From Octopus vulgaris (lineage: Eukaryota): a DNA stretch of 64,000 nucleotides. Shown in pieces: positions 25,265 to 38,148 of the stretch. The stretch is from NCBI GenBank assembly GCA_951406725.2, contig OX597815.1, positions 1,860,001 through 1,924,000 of the forward strand, in the 5' to 3' direction. The notes under the pieces were generated by a model. That model was not told the origin of the DNA. It did not search any database and saw only the letters and a program-made list of their open reading frames with translations. The position numbers and the translations under genes are program-made. The number at the start of each line of letters is the position of its first letter. The stretch's first letter is position 1.

Positions 25265-25692
25265 CAGTGTTTAATAAAATGAAGTAGCATGAAACGATCA
25301 TACCACATTACCTCGGATATACTTGTTGCTTATTTTGATTATATATATATATACACACACACGTATACACACAGTGATGGATTTTGAATGAAAATGGAAG
25401 TACAAAGAAGTATTATTTTCCAAAGTGCCTGCAGACTGCTTCTTCGTTGAAATAAAGACTAAAATATTTGACTCCATTGTGTTTATGAAGCCACAACAGA
25501 TTTAAAACAAAAGACTGTGTCTGTAAAGTCAGCTTGATAATTCTCCAGATGGAAAACACTTACAGTCAACATTTGTAATGTTTCAACTATGGAATGAAAT
25601 CAAGCACATAATTTATTACACAGACAACGTTTATATTATTTCGGAAGACAAGTGACTGATAAACCATGGAACACAACTGAAGCCATATATTC

Positions 25693-25924
25693 TTATTTCT
25701 TTATTGCCCACAAGGGGCTAAACACAGAGGGGACAAACAAGGACAGACAAATGGATTAAGTCGATTATATCGAACCAGTGCATAACTGGTACTTATTTAA
25801 TCGACCCCGAAAGGATGAAAGGCAAAGTTGACCCTGGCGGAATTTGAACTCAGAACGTAGCGGCAGACAAAATGCCGCTAAGCATTTCGCCCGGCGTGCC
25901 AACAATTCTGCCAGCTTGCCGCCT
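25693..25924 (-). mobile_element. Family C SINE
   Basis: Reverse match to family C. Confidence 0.85.
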
Positions 25925-27209
25925 TTGAAGACATATATTCTACGAGAGAGAGAATATTTATTTGATTTGTGAGACAACTGACTGACAAATAGAAATTTTA
26001 AAGTATGACAAACACAGATTCATCGTCATCATCATTTAACATCTGTTTTCCATGATGGCATGGCCGGATTGTTTGACAGGATCTAACCTGTGCTGTTGTC
26101 ACATAAGAAGCACCCAGTACACTCTGTAGTGTGGCTGATGTTGGGAAAGTTATCTAGCTGTAGAGCTTGTCAGTTCCTGTCAAACCATCCAACCCATGCC
26201 AGCATAGACAACGGATGCTAAATGATGATGACAATATCTTGCTGGTGTACTTTGCTGAACTAAGGGGTCAACTGAGGGTTGAAGTACAGCCATCATGCAC
26301 TTCACTCTGCCGTGGAGTGCACCAAGAGATGTTCAAACATTACCAAGGTAGTTGCACCACAGCACGGGGCATAGATGTTAAATGTTGATGAAAGGTATAC
26401 TCAACCAGCCACAGCAGGACAAAAGTGGGGGTGAGGAGGTTCTTTAGTCCTGCTGCAGACTTCTCCAGGGCTGGATGTATGATGTAATGCTATCCAGTCT
26501 ATACTGGTTCCTGGAAGGTGCGGGGGGGGGGGGGCGCGGCATCCAGCAGTTAGACAAAAAAAAAAAGAAGAAAAAAAATTGACTTGTACCACAAGGATGG
26601 GTAGTTTTCTCTGCTGGGGTATGCACTGGCTGATGGAAGTTCATGTGATGCTGGGATGTAAAAGGATGATGATGATGATGATGGTGGTGGTGGTAGTGAT
26701 GAACATTTTTTCTTTATTTACTCCTCTCACCCACCCCACCCATTCTCTCTCTCCCCTCTCTCTTTCTCTCTCTCCCCACCTCCCTGGCTGCTTAAGTCTG
26801 AAATATTTACATAAAACAAAAAAAAACTACATGTGAATTCTAACCCCTGTTTTAATAGAAACCAGAATTTTTTTATCAAATATTAAAACAACTAGACATT
26901 ATTTGGTAATCTTTTAATAGTTTATTAATGGAAAAAGCAGAAGATGAAGCTGGGGGGAGGGTGGGGGGATGGAGAAAAAAAGAAAAACAAATAAAGAAAC
27001 AATAAAGCAGTTGAGAACTGTGACTCTTGGTTTGATTCTCAAAAGACTAAGATATTAAAAAAACCACCAACACAAACACTGTTTGTAGCGGAAAAAAACT
27101 AAATGATTGAAAGACCTGTCCGACTGTGGCCTGATTAGAAAACAAGACAATAACTATTTAAGTCGAAAGATTAAAAACAATAAAAGATTTAAAAGACAAC
27201 TATTTTAGA

Positions 27210-27665
27210 ATCATCATCATCATCATCATTTAATGTCCGCTTTCCATGCTAGCATGGGTTGGACGATATGACTGAAGTCTGGCAAACCAGACTCCAATCT
27301 GATCTGGCAGAGTTTCTACAGCTGGATGCCCTTCCTAACGCCAACCACTCCGAGAGTGTAGTGGGTGCTTTTATGTGCCACCGGCATGAGGGCCAGTTAG
27401 GTGGTACTGGCAACGGCCACGCTCAAATGGTGCTTTTTATGTGCCACCTGCACAGGAGCCAGTCCAGCGGCACCGGCGACGACCTCACTCGAATGTTTCA
27501 CATGCCACCAGCACAAGTGCTAGTAAGGTGACGCAGGTAACGATCACCCTCGAATGGTGTGTTTAACGTGCCATCGGCATGGAGGCCAGCTTGTTGCTCT
27601 GGTAACGATCTCACTCGTATGGTACTCTTAGCGCTCCACTAGCAGCGGATGCCAGTCACCGAGTC
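27210..27665 (-). mobile_element. Family A long copy
   Basis: Very similar to 145-432, with extra units. Confidence 0.85.
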
Positions 27666-28109
27666 AGAATGTAACACATTTGTTGGCCATTATATGGAAA
27701 ATGCATGGAGAAAATTGCTGAAGGTGGAAAAATATTGATGGTGAAGCTGCAAATGTTGAGAGGGTCTTCAAATGAAATGGAAGGCTTTCCGTTCCTTGTA
27801 ACAGCAACAAGTCAGACACGAAAGGTTAAAAATTAGTTGAGTCAACTGGGCGTGAATGGAAGAGAAGAAAATTCTAGATAAATCAAGGAATTTGTGAGTG
27901 TGTTTATGTAACATGGCCAGTGACAAGCTTATCTTTGCATGCTGGTCGGGAATATATATATATATATATGGGCTGAATGACTACTACTACTAATACTACT
28001 ACTAATAACAATGAATGGTGTACCCTTATCAGACGAGTAGTCATGGTGGGTATATTAAACTTTGTATATTTGTACTCCAGCGCCACTTTGATGGCATGCA
28101 CTGCTCTCT

Positions 28110-28137
28110 CACTCACTCACTCACTCACTCACTCACT

Positions 28138-28181
<44 letters not shown>

Positions 28182-28247
28182 ACAATAATAATAATAATAA
28201 TAATAATAATGAAAACAACAACAGCAATAATAATAAAAACAATAATA
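28110..28247. repeat. Compound (CACT)n(ACT)n(AAT)n microsatellite
   Basis: Tandem runs. Confidence 0.9.
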
Positions 28248-28637
28248 AGTGCTGAATGTTGTTGACTCGAAGCCAGCTGAGCAGAAGGAAGGCAACTTGC
28301 TTGGAAGTGAGGTTTCAGATGTCAGTAAAGATCCAGTCTGCTGGAATGGATGTGGAACACAAAGATCTCCTTCACTATTTATATTGGAAATAAAACCTGG
28401 CATTTGGGTTGTGGGAAGAGGATTTCTCTTTTTATTTTTTTTATACCTAATTATGTGATTTAGGGTTATAAAAACTAATATCTACCTACCTACAGAAATG
28501 AATAACCAAAAGGTTTCCTTTCAGGTAATGGAATATTGGCATAAAGCAACCATCAATTCAGTGAATGGTTGGAAGGAAGTGTTCAGTTACAAATTCAAAC
28601 CAACAGTATGGAGCAGTGATGATGGTCTTGGAATATA

Positions 28638-28866
28638 TATTTCTTTATTACCCACAAAGGGGCTAAACACAGAGGGGACAAATAAGGACAAAGGGATTAA
28701 GTTGATTACATCGACCCCAGTGCGAAACTGGTACTTTATTTATCGACCCCGAGAGGATGAAAGGCAAAGTTGACCTTGGTGGAATTTGAACTCAGAACGT
28801 AACGACAGACGAAATACTGCTAAGCACTTCGCCCGGCGCACTAACGTTTCTGCTAGCTTGCTGCCC
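28638..28866 (-). mobile_element. Family C SINE
   Basis: Reverse match to family C. Confidence 0.85.
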
Positions 28867-28904
28867 TTGGTCTTAGAATATAAAATAGCCTGTGGGTTTA
28901 TATA

Positions 28905-29115
28905 ATCAGAGCTGGCAAAATCATTTGCATGCTGGGTAAAATGCTTTGTGGCACCACCTCCGGTTTTACATTCCGAGTTGAAATTCAGCCAAAACCTACT
29001 TTGCCTTTATTCTTTTGGGGTCAATAAGATAAGTAGTAGTTGAGTACTGAGGTTGATGTAAGACTCAGCTTCTCTCCTGAAATTGCTGGCCTTGTGCCAA
29101 AATTTGAAATCAATA
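28905..29115 (+). mobile_element. Family C-variant SINE, diverged
   Basis: GAGCTGGCAAAA head and tail GCTGGCCTTGTGCCAAAATTTGAAA. Confidence 0.65.
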
Positions 29116-29574
29116 TGTAACAGCTTGGTGATAACATTCTCTAATATAGGGGAGCAACAACTGGTTGTTCACTGCAGAACAGTGTAGAGCTAACAGTGAA
29201 TATAAAGAACAGTTTTGCATACAAAAAGTACAGAGTAAAAGTATTGGCTTACTCAATATGCCTGTGCTTAACTATACAAGCTTCATGCAGATGGCGGACT
29301 GAGAAAATTTCCAGAACTATATAAGAGATACTGATATTTTTGTCTATATGTCACAGACCCTCCCAAAACCAGACACCAATATCTAAGTAATGATTGTCCA
29401 AGCATAATTGATTGGTTACTTATGAAGAAAACCAGACAAAGGAACTGATCCCCACAAACTATGAAGCAACAAACACTTTCCAGTTTGGGGATATGGTTAA
29501 GAGTGCGGGCTACTAACCCCAAAGTTCCGAGTTTGATTCCAGGCAGTGACCTGTATAATAATAATAATAATAAT

Positions 29575-31400
29575 GTCGAAACACTAGCCATTAACAAAGT
29601 AGCACCAACAATTATAAAATACATAGGACACTCTTTGAATAAATGGCAGACAGTGCTACAGCTCCAAACAAAAGAGGGACTCGTGAAAACCAAAACCATC
29701 CCCATTAGAAGAGGAATATTCCAGGGAGACACACTCTCTCCACTCCTTTTCTGCTTGGCACTGTCACCTCTATCTGATATGCTAAATAGAACTGGATGCG
29801 GATATAAATGTTACGGTAAAACGATCAGCCACCTTTTATATATGGATGACCTAAAACTATACGCTACAAATGACAAACAGCTGGAAACACTACTAAAGAC
29901 AGTTCATGGATTTACCAAAGAAATAGATATGAAATTTGGATTAGAAAAATGTGTCAAAGTAACCCTGAAAATAGGAAAACTAGTTAAGAGTAGCAACATC
30001 ACACTAGATAAAGGCAATGAAATAAGAGAATTAGACCAAAGCCAAACTTACAAATATTTAGGAATCCATGAACTAGATAAGACACAACACACACAAATGA
30101 AAGAAAAAATAAAAAAAGAATATTATAGACGAGTTAGATCAATACTAAACACAGAGCTCAATGCTAAAAACAAGATAATAGGTATTAACACTTTAGCAGT
30201 CCCAGTTATAAGTTACAGCTACAATATCCTTAACTGGACACGAAATGAACTAACCAAAATAGGCAGGAAAACAAGAAAAATACTGACAGGATCTAGGATG
30301 CATCACCCAAAATCTGACATAGAAAGACTATATATACAACGTATAGAAAGTGGTAGAGGCCTTATAAAGTTGGAAAACTACTATAAAATAACCACCATAG
30401 GACTGCAAAAATACCTACTTCAGAAGCAAGGAAAACTGATACAAATAGCGGCAAAACACGAGCAAAACAAAAAACTGTTCTCAGTATTTAAGGAAGCTGA
30501 CAAATACAAATAATAAATCATACCACCTAATAAACACAAAGAAGAAGAAGAAGAAGATGAAGAAACAACAAAAGTTATAAAACAAATGAAATCCAAACTA
30601 AAACTAGAACAGCAACGGACCATGATAAAACGATGGCAAGAAAAGCCCCTTCATGGTAAATACTAGACTAAACTAAATGCAAAAGAAATAGACAAAGAAA
30701 AATCCCAGCAATGGTTGAGAAGCTCAGGACTCAAAGCAGAGATAGAGGGATTTTTAATTGCAGCACAAGACCAAAGCCTCCCCACCAGAAATTACCAAAA
30801 ACATGTAATGAAAAGAAATATAACAAGTAACTGCAGAATATGTGGAGATGGACAAGAAACAATAAATCATATTATCTCTGGCTGCCCAGTCCTGACTAAG
30901 AAGGAATATATTCACAGACATGACAGAGTTGGGACCTACATACACAGGAAGCTATGCCAACATTATGGAATAACTACAGAAAAAAGATGGTATAGGCACA
31001 CACCAGAAAAGGTCACAGAAAACGAGAAAGCAACCATACTCTGGGATATTCCAATACACACAGAGGAGAAATTAAGGCCAACAGACCAGATATAGTTGTC
31101 AGAAATCACGAAGAAAAAAAATGCTTTCTAATTGATGTATCAATACCAGCAGATGACAACATGTCTCTAAAAGAAATGGAGAAACTTTCAAAATACAAAG
31201 ACCTGGAAATAGAGGTAACCAGAATGTGGAATCTAAAAACAGAAACAATCCCTATCATAGTAGGTGCATTAGGCATGATAAAAAAATATTCAGACAAATA
31301 CATAACAAAAACACCAGGACTTACAAACACATATAACATGCAGAAAATTGCACTACTAGGCACTGCACACATCCTACGCAGAACACTTTCCATACAATAA
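29575..31400 (+). pseudogene. RT-RLE ORF pseudogene (in-frame stops near 30511 and 30663, frameshift near 31065)
   Basis: ORF track pieces 29461..30513, 30715..31095 and 31161..31400. Confidence 0.85.
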
Positions 31401-31497
31401 CCATCAGAGCATCACAACAAATCACAGCACATACCCAAGGCATTCAGAGCTGCGCTCGGTAGTGAAGTGAAAGCACGATATAAAAATAAAACTACTG
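29575..31497 (+). mobile_element. 5'-truncated R4/Dong-clade non-LTR retrotransposon (RT, CCHC, restriction-like endonuclease) in (TAA)n
   Basis: GIFQGDTLSPLLF, YMDD (29839-29850), KYLG, CRICG..ETINHIISGC, RHD, RPDIVV..LIDV..K..KY; (AAT)n on both sides. Confidence 0.9.
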
Positions 31498-31501
31498 AAT
31501 G

Positions 31502-31541
<40 letters not shown>

Positions 31542-32596
31542 CATCGAAAAATGCCTTAGGAATGAGAACCCAGGATCCAAATTTCCCCAAGACACCTGAT
31601 GAAGGCTGGAGGGTAAATCAAACGAAATATTGTGTTAACAACAAACAAGATGAGGACAAATATCCGTCAAATGCAAATAATGTAAACACTTTCCATTTTA
31701 TAAGAATGAAGGACAACCCCAAATTATGAGACCAAAATTCACAATCAAGCACGGCATTTGCATTATCAGCTGCCCATTTGGCCATCACTATGGTGTGGGA
31801 CAAGGCCTGCAATTTTGGGGAAGAAGGGGACGTTGGTCATATTTCCAGTTCAGGGTTTATCAATCACTCATCATCATTGTCACCATCATCACAATCAACA
31901 CCACCACCTGGACGCATGCGGTTGAGATGCATGTTTCTTACCACACAGCCACACCTGTGCCTACTGGTGTTTGGACCCTCAATTGACATGAAATTTGTCT
32001 GGTCACTTGGAAACAAGTGAAGGTTGGTGATAGGAAGGGCATCCAGCCATAGAAAATCTGCAATGTGAAATAAAACGCCTTGCTCAAGGGCACAACAGGC
32101 CACCAGGAACTGAACTCATGATCTTACAATTGTGAACTGAATACCTTACCCATTAAACCACGCTAAGCTGGGACTTAAAACCCTGAGAAACTTGACATAA
32201 GAGGACTAAAATGACATCATAATTAAAACTGTGTTACGCAAAATACACTTTGGAGGCTGGATTTTAGATGAGGGTGGGTGGAGGTGGACTGACTAATTGA
32301 GAGGGGTGGGCATTGTTTTGTTAAGTAGTATTGTCTATGGTATATCCAATACTACTTAAACGTAATGCTTAAGACTCATCCAATCCATCCACCCCCTCGT
32401 TGCTGGCAGGAGCGCTATGTTTACAGTTTAAGTACAATATCTGAGAAAGCCAGCTATCTCCATTCATTTCCTGTTAAATAATTACTTCCTCCTATTAGCT
32501 GACTTCACCAGCAGAAGCATTATTATTATTCACTGGTACCAACCTCGTATATACAATCTTTTTCACACACTCTTCTGTGTATATATATATATATAT

Positions 32597-32785
32597 ACGG
32601 GAGTAAGCACATAATTGTGAAACAAGGTGGAAAAAAGAGTACTCAAATACCAGAGGTAGAGTAATATGCGTTATTTAAAAGCAGCAGAAATAAAACAAAA
32701 GCTGTTACTCAGAGCTTCACGTTCCCGTTCGTCAGAAACTCTGAGTAACAGCTTTTGTTATATTTCTGCTGCTTTTAAATAAAGT
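32597..32785 (-). mobile_element. (TA)n-embedded fold-back element with hammerhead
   Basis: Arms 32671-32718 and 32735-32782. Confidence 0.75.
32701..32735 (-). ncRNA. Type I hammerhead core (5' stem I strand lost at the inversion)
   Basis: CTGACGA-ACG(GGAA)CGT-GAAG-CTC(T)GAG-TA; the inverted arm retains GAAA-CTCTGAG-TA. Confidence 0.65.
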
Positions 32786-32788
32786 ATA

Positions 32789-32842
<54 letters not shown>

Positions 32843-33157
32843 GTGTGTGTGAGTGAGTATGTGAGCGTGAGTGCATGTGTGTGCACCAGTGCACGCGTAT
32901 GTATGTGTACTAATGTAAATCAGTTCTGAGTTATATCCCTTTACATAGAAAAAGAAGAATATAAAAAAAACGGTAGAAAACTTAATAATCCCATGAAAAT
33001 ATACAGAGTTAAAGTAGGTACAGGGTTCCACAGGCATAACCCCAACAATGTCAAACCATTCAACCCATGCCAGCATGGAACATGGACATAAAATGGTGGT
33101 GATAATGATTATAAGAGACAATATATTGGAAATGGAATGTAGGTGACATAATTATTG

Positions 33158-33330
33158 GTAAACGAGAAAATTACTATTTGTAAATCTCACAACGAGAGAT
33201 ATTCAGCAAGAGTACTTTGGAGTAAAGATTGTTTGCCAACATAACATGGCAGTCCTGGTTGAGGACTCCAAAGTACTGTTGCTGAATATATCTCGTTATG
33301 GGATTTACAAATAGTAATTTTCTAATTTAC
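33158..33330. repeat. Inverted repeat, ~65-bp arms
   Basis: 33158-33223 pairs with 33265-33330. Confidence 0.85.
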
Positions 33331-33400
33331 AGATCAGTAACAAGTTGTCACTTTGAAAACTATATTTCAAATGGGAATTTGGCAGCGCCACCTCTAATCA

Positions 33401-33461
33401 AACAATTATTCTGTGCTGATGAAGGGAAATAACCTGGAAATCGTGATACACAGATATTGTT
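33401..33461 (+). ncRNA. Type I hammerhead ribozyme motif
   Basis: Stem I TCTGTG/CACAGA (extended by AACAAT/ATTGTT); CTGATGA; stem II AGG(GAAATAA)CCT plus extra G; GAAA; stem III TC(GT)GA; AUA site. Confidence 0.65.
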
Positions 33462-33842
33462 TTGAGCTGAGTTGGGGTGCTAGATTCCCTTGTTCGAATA
33501 TATAAGGACACAGATCGTGTCGTATGGCCAGGTGGAGACGATGTCTCCTGGGGCTAAATTACAGCAGCATTCGTCCTAAACCAGGACTGCAATGTTATGT
33601 TGGCAATAAATCTTTTCTCCATAACTGGTAAACGTTGAAATGCAAGTTTTGGGAACTTGCCTCTAGCAGACCTCTTTGGATAAGAAGAATGCATTGAGGC
33701 TGGGGGTGGGCAAAGTCGTACTTTTGATGTAAATATAAAATATATTTGAAGTGGATTAGTGTACAAAGAACAGGAATCATTAAAATAGACTTACTAATTG
33801 CTAGGCACCAAAATAATTCCTAACAGATGTTGATCCATTGAA

Positions 33843-34077
33843 GGTGGTGAGCTGGCAGAGTGGTTAGCACGCCGGGCGAAATGCTTATTGGCATTTCATC
33901 TGATGCTACATTCTGAGTTCAAATTCCACCGAGGTCGACTTTGCCTTTTATCCTTTCGGGGTCGATAAATTAAGTACCAGTTACGCACTGGGGGTCAATA
34001 TAATCGACTTAACCCGTTTGTCTGTCCTTGTTTGTCCCCTCTATGTTTAGCCCCCCCTGGTGGGGAGTAAAGAAATA
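33843..34077 (+). mobile_element. Family C SINE
   Basis: Match to family C. Confidence 0.85.
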
Positions 34078-34381
34078 AGATGCTGATCCACTGATGTATG
34101 GCAATGATGATGCTGTAAATGGCACTCATTTGTTATGTTTAGTCTGTTTCTATGGAAACGGAGGGAAGAAGATGACAAAGGAGTCTGCCAGAGGAGCTCA
34201 AAGAATGAAGGTGTAATATGGAATCTAATATATAGAGAGACACTTAAAAGATAGTCAAAAGGTAGAACTATAATTTCACCTGAAGAGATCTGCTCAATCC
34301 ACTGATGTGGCAAACATATCAAAGAAGTTGATTAGATGAATGGTCCTTAAAACTTGGTTAAAGTTTCATCTATTCTTTGAT

Positions 34382-34790
34382 TTACTCTTTTACTCTTTTA
34401 TTTGTTTCAGTCATTTGACTGTGGCCATGCTGGAGCACCGCCTTTAGTCGAGCAAATCGACCCCGGGACTTATTCTTTGTAAGCCCAGTACTTATCCTAT
34501 CGGTCTCTTTTGCCGAACTGCAAAGTGACGGGAACGTAAACACACCAGCATCGGTTGTCAAGCAATGCTAGGGGGACAAATACAGACACACAAACACATA
34601 CACACACACTTATATATATATATATACGACGGGCTTCTTTCAGTTTCCGTCTACCAAATCCACTCACAAGGCATTGGTCGGCCCGGGGCTATAGCAGAAG
34701 ACACTTGCCCAAGGTGCCATGCAGTGGGACTGAACCTGGAACCATGTGGTTGGTACACAAGCTACTTACCACACAGCCACTCCTGCGCCT
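34382..34790 (-). mobile_element. Family B SINE, full length
   Basis: Reverse match to family B. Confidence 0.85.
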
Positions 34791-34974
34791 TTCATTCTTT
34801 TACCTGTTTCAGTCATTTGACTGCAGCCATGCTGGAGCACCAGAATACACTTGTGATCTAAATGGATACACTGAGTAAGTGCTATACTATAGTTGGTCAT
34901 CCATTAGGTTCCGAGTTCACAGCCGAGGCTGGACCTACAGATCCGTATTAGAGTTCCATGTTAGCACATATATA

Positions 34975-35368
34975 TTATGTTAGAGGAAAAAAGAAACAAA
35001 ACCAAGGCAGAATGAGTATCTCAAGTCATTTAGGATAGTTTAATTAGGATAAGGTCAATCAGAAGTCTTACAGCCGTTTCTGCGATAACCCGACTGGTTG
35101 GTTAGCATGTCCACCTGACCCTTTAATTTGTCTATTTACTCCTTTATTCTTCTGTTTCATACCTTATGAACTGTGAATTTTCCCTGTCTAAAATATTCAT
35201 ACCTTGTCTCTGATGATGGAAGATCCAGTTTGTGGACATGCTAACCAACCACTTGGGTTGTCCCAGAAACAGCTGTAAGACTTCAAATTCACCTTTCCCT
35301 AATTAAATTATTCTAAATGACTTGAGATACTCGTTTGGCCTTGGTTTTGATTCTTCGTCTAATATAAT
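34975..35368 (+). mobile_element. Fold-back element with hammerhead
   Basis: Arms ~34997-35114 and 35232-35349, diverged. Confidence 0.75.
35206..35281 (+). ncRNA. Type I hammerhead motif with long stem II
   Basis: GTCT-CTGATGA-TGG...CCA-GAAA-CAGCTG-TA-AGAC; stem III is the palindrome ACAGCTGT; GUA site. Confidence 0.65.
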
Positions 35369-35577
35369 AAATATCATCATTATTTATATACATATAAGTT
35401 ATCTTTTACTTGTTTCAGTCATTAGTGTTTGGCCATGCTGGAGCACTACCTTGAAGAATTCTTTTCGAAGTTACAGGAACATAAATATACCAACCCTGAT
35501 TGTCAAACAGTAGTGGGGGACAAACATGGACACAAAGACACACATACACACTTATATACAATGGGCTTCTTTCAATT

Positions 35578-35918
35578 TCATCATCATCATCATCATTTAA
35601 CGTCCGTTTTCCATGCTGGCATGGGTTGGACGGTTCGACCGGGGTCTGGGAAGCCAGGAAGCTGCACCAGGTTCCAGTCTGATCTGGCAATGTGTCTATA
35701 GCTGGATTCCCTTCTTATTGCCAACCACTCCGTGAGTGTAGTGGGTGCTTTTTACGTGCCATCGGCACATGTGCCAGAGGAGGCTGGCAGTGGCCACAAT
35801 TGGCTGGTGCTTTTTACGTGCCACCGGCACGGAAGCCAGTGAAGGCGGTGCTGGCATCGACCACGTATGGAGGGTGCTTTTTATGTGCCACCGGCACAGG
35901 TGCCAGGGGAGGCTGGGA
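35578..35918 (-). mobile_element. Family A copy nested in family B (35400-36035)
   Basis: Family B halves on both sides. Confidence 0.8.
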
Positions 35919-36867
35919 ATCCACTCACAAGGTTTTGGTGGGCCTCAGGTAATAGTAGAAGACACTTACCCAGTGAGATTGAACCTAGAATCAAATGGTT
36001 GGGAAGCAAACGTTTTACCACACAGCCACACCCATGCATACACACACACATTTTATGAGAATTTTATTGTAATTTGATTGGTTGGGATGAAAATTTACAG
36101 GACAGAGGTGTCATTTTCCATTTACTAAAAGATATTTTTTTTTTGTTTTATTTTATTCAAACATTTATTTATTTTTGCAAAGTGCAGAATCATTAGCTGC
36201 AGTTTTTGGTAATTGTGTTATGGCAACAGATTCCATTATGAGTCAACCGCTTTGATGAATATTTAAATCCCTCCATTCATCAACAATAATGTTTGGTGAC
36301 TTTAATGAGACAGAAATTGGTTTCGGACAAAGTTTTCTTTCCAAGCCATCATCATCATTTAACATCCATCTTCCATACTGGCATTGGTTGGGTAGTGTGA
36401 AAGGAACTGGTCAACCAGAGGACGGTGCCAAGTTACACTGTCTGATTTAGCATGGTTTTATGGCTGGATGTCCTTCCTATTGTCAGCCACTTTACAGAGC
36501 AGACTGGGTGCTTTTAGTATGGTACCAACACTGGTGAGGTCTGCTTTGGCATGGTTTCTATGGCTAGATCCCCTTTCAAATGCCAACCACTTTACAGAGT
36601 GGACTGAATGCTTTTTATATAGTGCCAGCATTTGCATTGTCACCAAAAAGCTTCCAAGACAATGACCTTTTGAGTGGGGAGGTATCGAGGGGGAGGGTAT
36701 TGAAGAAGGTGGCTGTAAGCCAGGTAATGAGCATCACTGTCAAAATATTTTTAATTTCATCGTTATGACTAGACATATTTTTAAAATTAGAGCTGTGGTT
36801 GTAAATTCTTTTATAAATTCAGATAATTTTCAGATTAAAGGAACAATGGGGTATTCTTTTCTGCTAA

Positions 36868-37244
36868 TCTCTCTCTATACAAAGCTGAAGTTGTCTGTGT
36901 ATGGCAGGTTTGGTAGCCTTCAACTAACACTATCTCCTCCGAGACCCTGCGGCACAAGTTGACCAAAATTGAAAGTATGATAGAAGAAGGCTTGCTCTTC
37001 CTTCCGTAGAAGAAAAAATTCAAATCGGACCATGTTAACACCAAAAATTATTTACATCAAACACGTGCTTTTTTTTCTATGAAAATCCCTATTTTTTACG
37101 ATTATTTCACTGCTGTGTCGCCATTTTTCGGTGTATTTCACTTAAAGAGAATAACAAGCTACATAATGCAAAATTTTTACTTTTCAAAAATTCCAATTCT
37201 AAAGGGTCGAAAGAAACCCGAGCAACGCTGGGCGATACTGCTAG
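36868..37244 (+). mobile_element. Non-autonomous Helitron (family H1), intact ends
   Basis: A|TCTCTCTCTATAC ... CCCGAGCAACGCTGGG hairpin ... CTAG|T; no TSD. Confidence 0.8.
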
Positions 37245-37682
37245 TGAAAATAACAAGACACTTATAATCCACAATCCTTATCTATGTAAATCAAATTGAT
37301 TGTTTATTGATGACTATTGTACAACCATTTCTGGTGAGAATTTTTAGAACAAATTTGTTTTGATAGAGAATTCACAGTTTTGTGCGAGATCCATTCTATG
37401 TATCCCAAAATCTAGATTGTAGCCAAATGACAACCACACAGGAAGCAGAAGTGTTTGATGCATCCATTGTACTTGGAAAATTAAAATGTTATAATTTTAA
37501 AACGTGTAACGCATACCATAAATTCTCAAATTATAGTGAACCTTCGTTAAATTATAACAAAAACAGAAAAATACCTGCTCTACCTCCTAATGGTGATCAA
37601 TTAATTACTAATTATTTAATTACAACAACAGTGTTTAATCAGGTTCTAAACTCTGCTTTGAGTTTAGATGATAAAACATCCA

Positions 37683-37913
37683 TTAGTCTTTTGGCGACAT
37701 TATTTCTCTTGAAATCTTCTGGGTTTGTTTCAATTAGTTATAAAAATAATGAAGAATTTAGTCAAAATACCATTGTCATTAGTAATCTGTTGTTTGGAAA
37801 GTAAATGAAGATGGAATTTTGGTGAAAGACTGTTATTTAGATTGCTTGAAAACAGGGAGCTTATACTGCAGAACCAGGGGCAGGATCAAGGGGGTTGTTG
37901 TCAAAAAGGTTAA
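37683..37913. mobile_element. TTAA MITE family P2, diverged
   Basis: Homologous to 42078-42301. Confidence 0.55.
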
Positions 37914-37921
37914 TACTAATT

Positions 37922-38148
37922 CTTATTTCTTTACTACCCACAAGGGGCTAAATACAGAGGGGACAAACAAGGACAGACAAACGGATTAAGTCGATTATAC
38001 CGACCCCAGTACGTAACTGGTACTTATTTAATTGACCCCGAAAGGATGAAAGGCAAGGTTGACCTCGGCAGAATTTGAACTCAGAACGTAGTAGCAGACG
38101 AGATACCGCTAAGCATTTCATCCGGTGTGCTAACGTTTCTGCCAGCTC
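37922..38148 (-). mobile_element. Family C SINE
   Basis: Reverse match to family C. Confidence 0.85.

Larger units (their letters stand above)
29494..31686 (+). mobile_element. Family E SINE split by a LINE insertion (head 29494-29574, tail 31541-31686)
   Basis: Both halves are colinear with 7443-7673. Confidence 0.8.

Noticed and set aside
29461-29574. N-terminus of the 350-aa ORF
   Set aside because: Translates flank, SINE head and (AAT)n; the LINE-derived part starts at ~29575.
37382-37804. 140-aa ORF
   Set aside because: AT-rich, no motif, and runs into a MITE.
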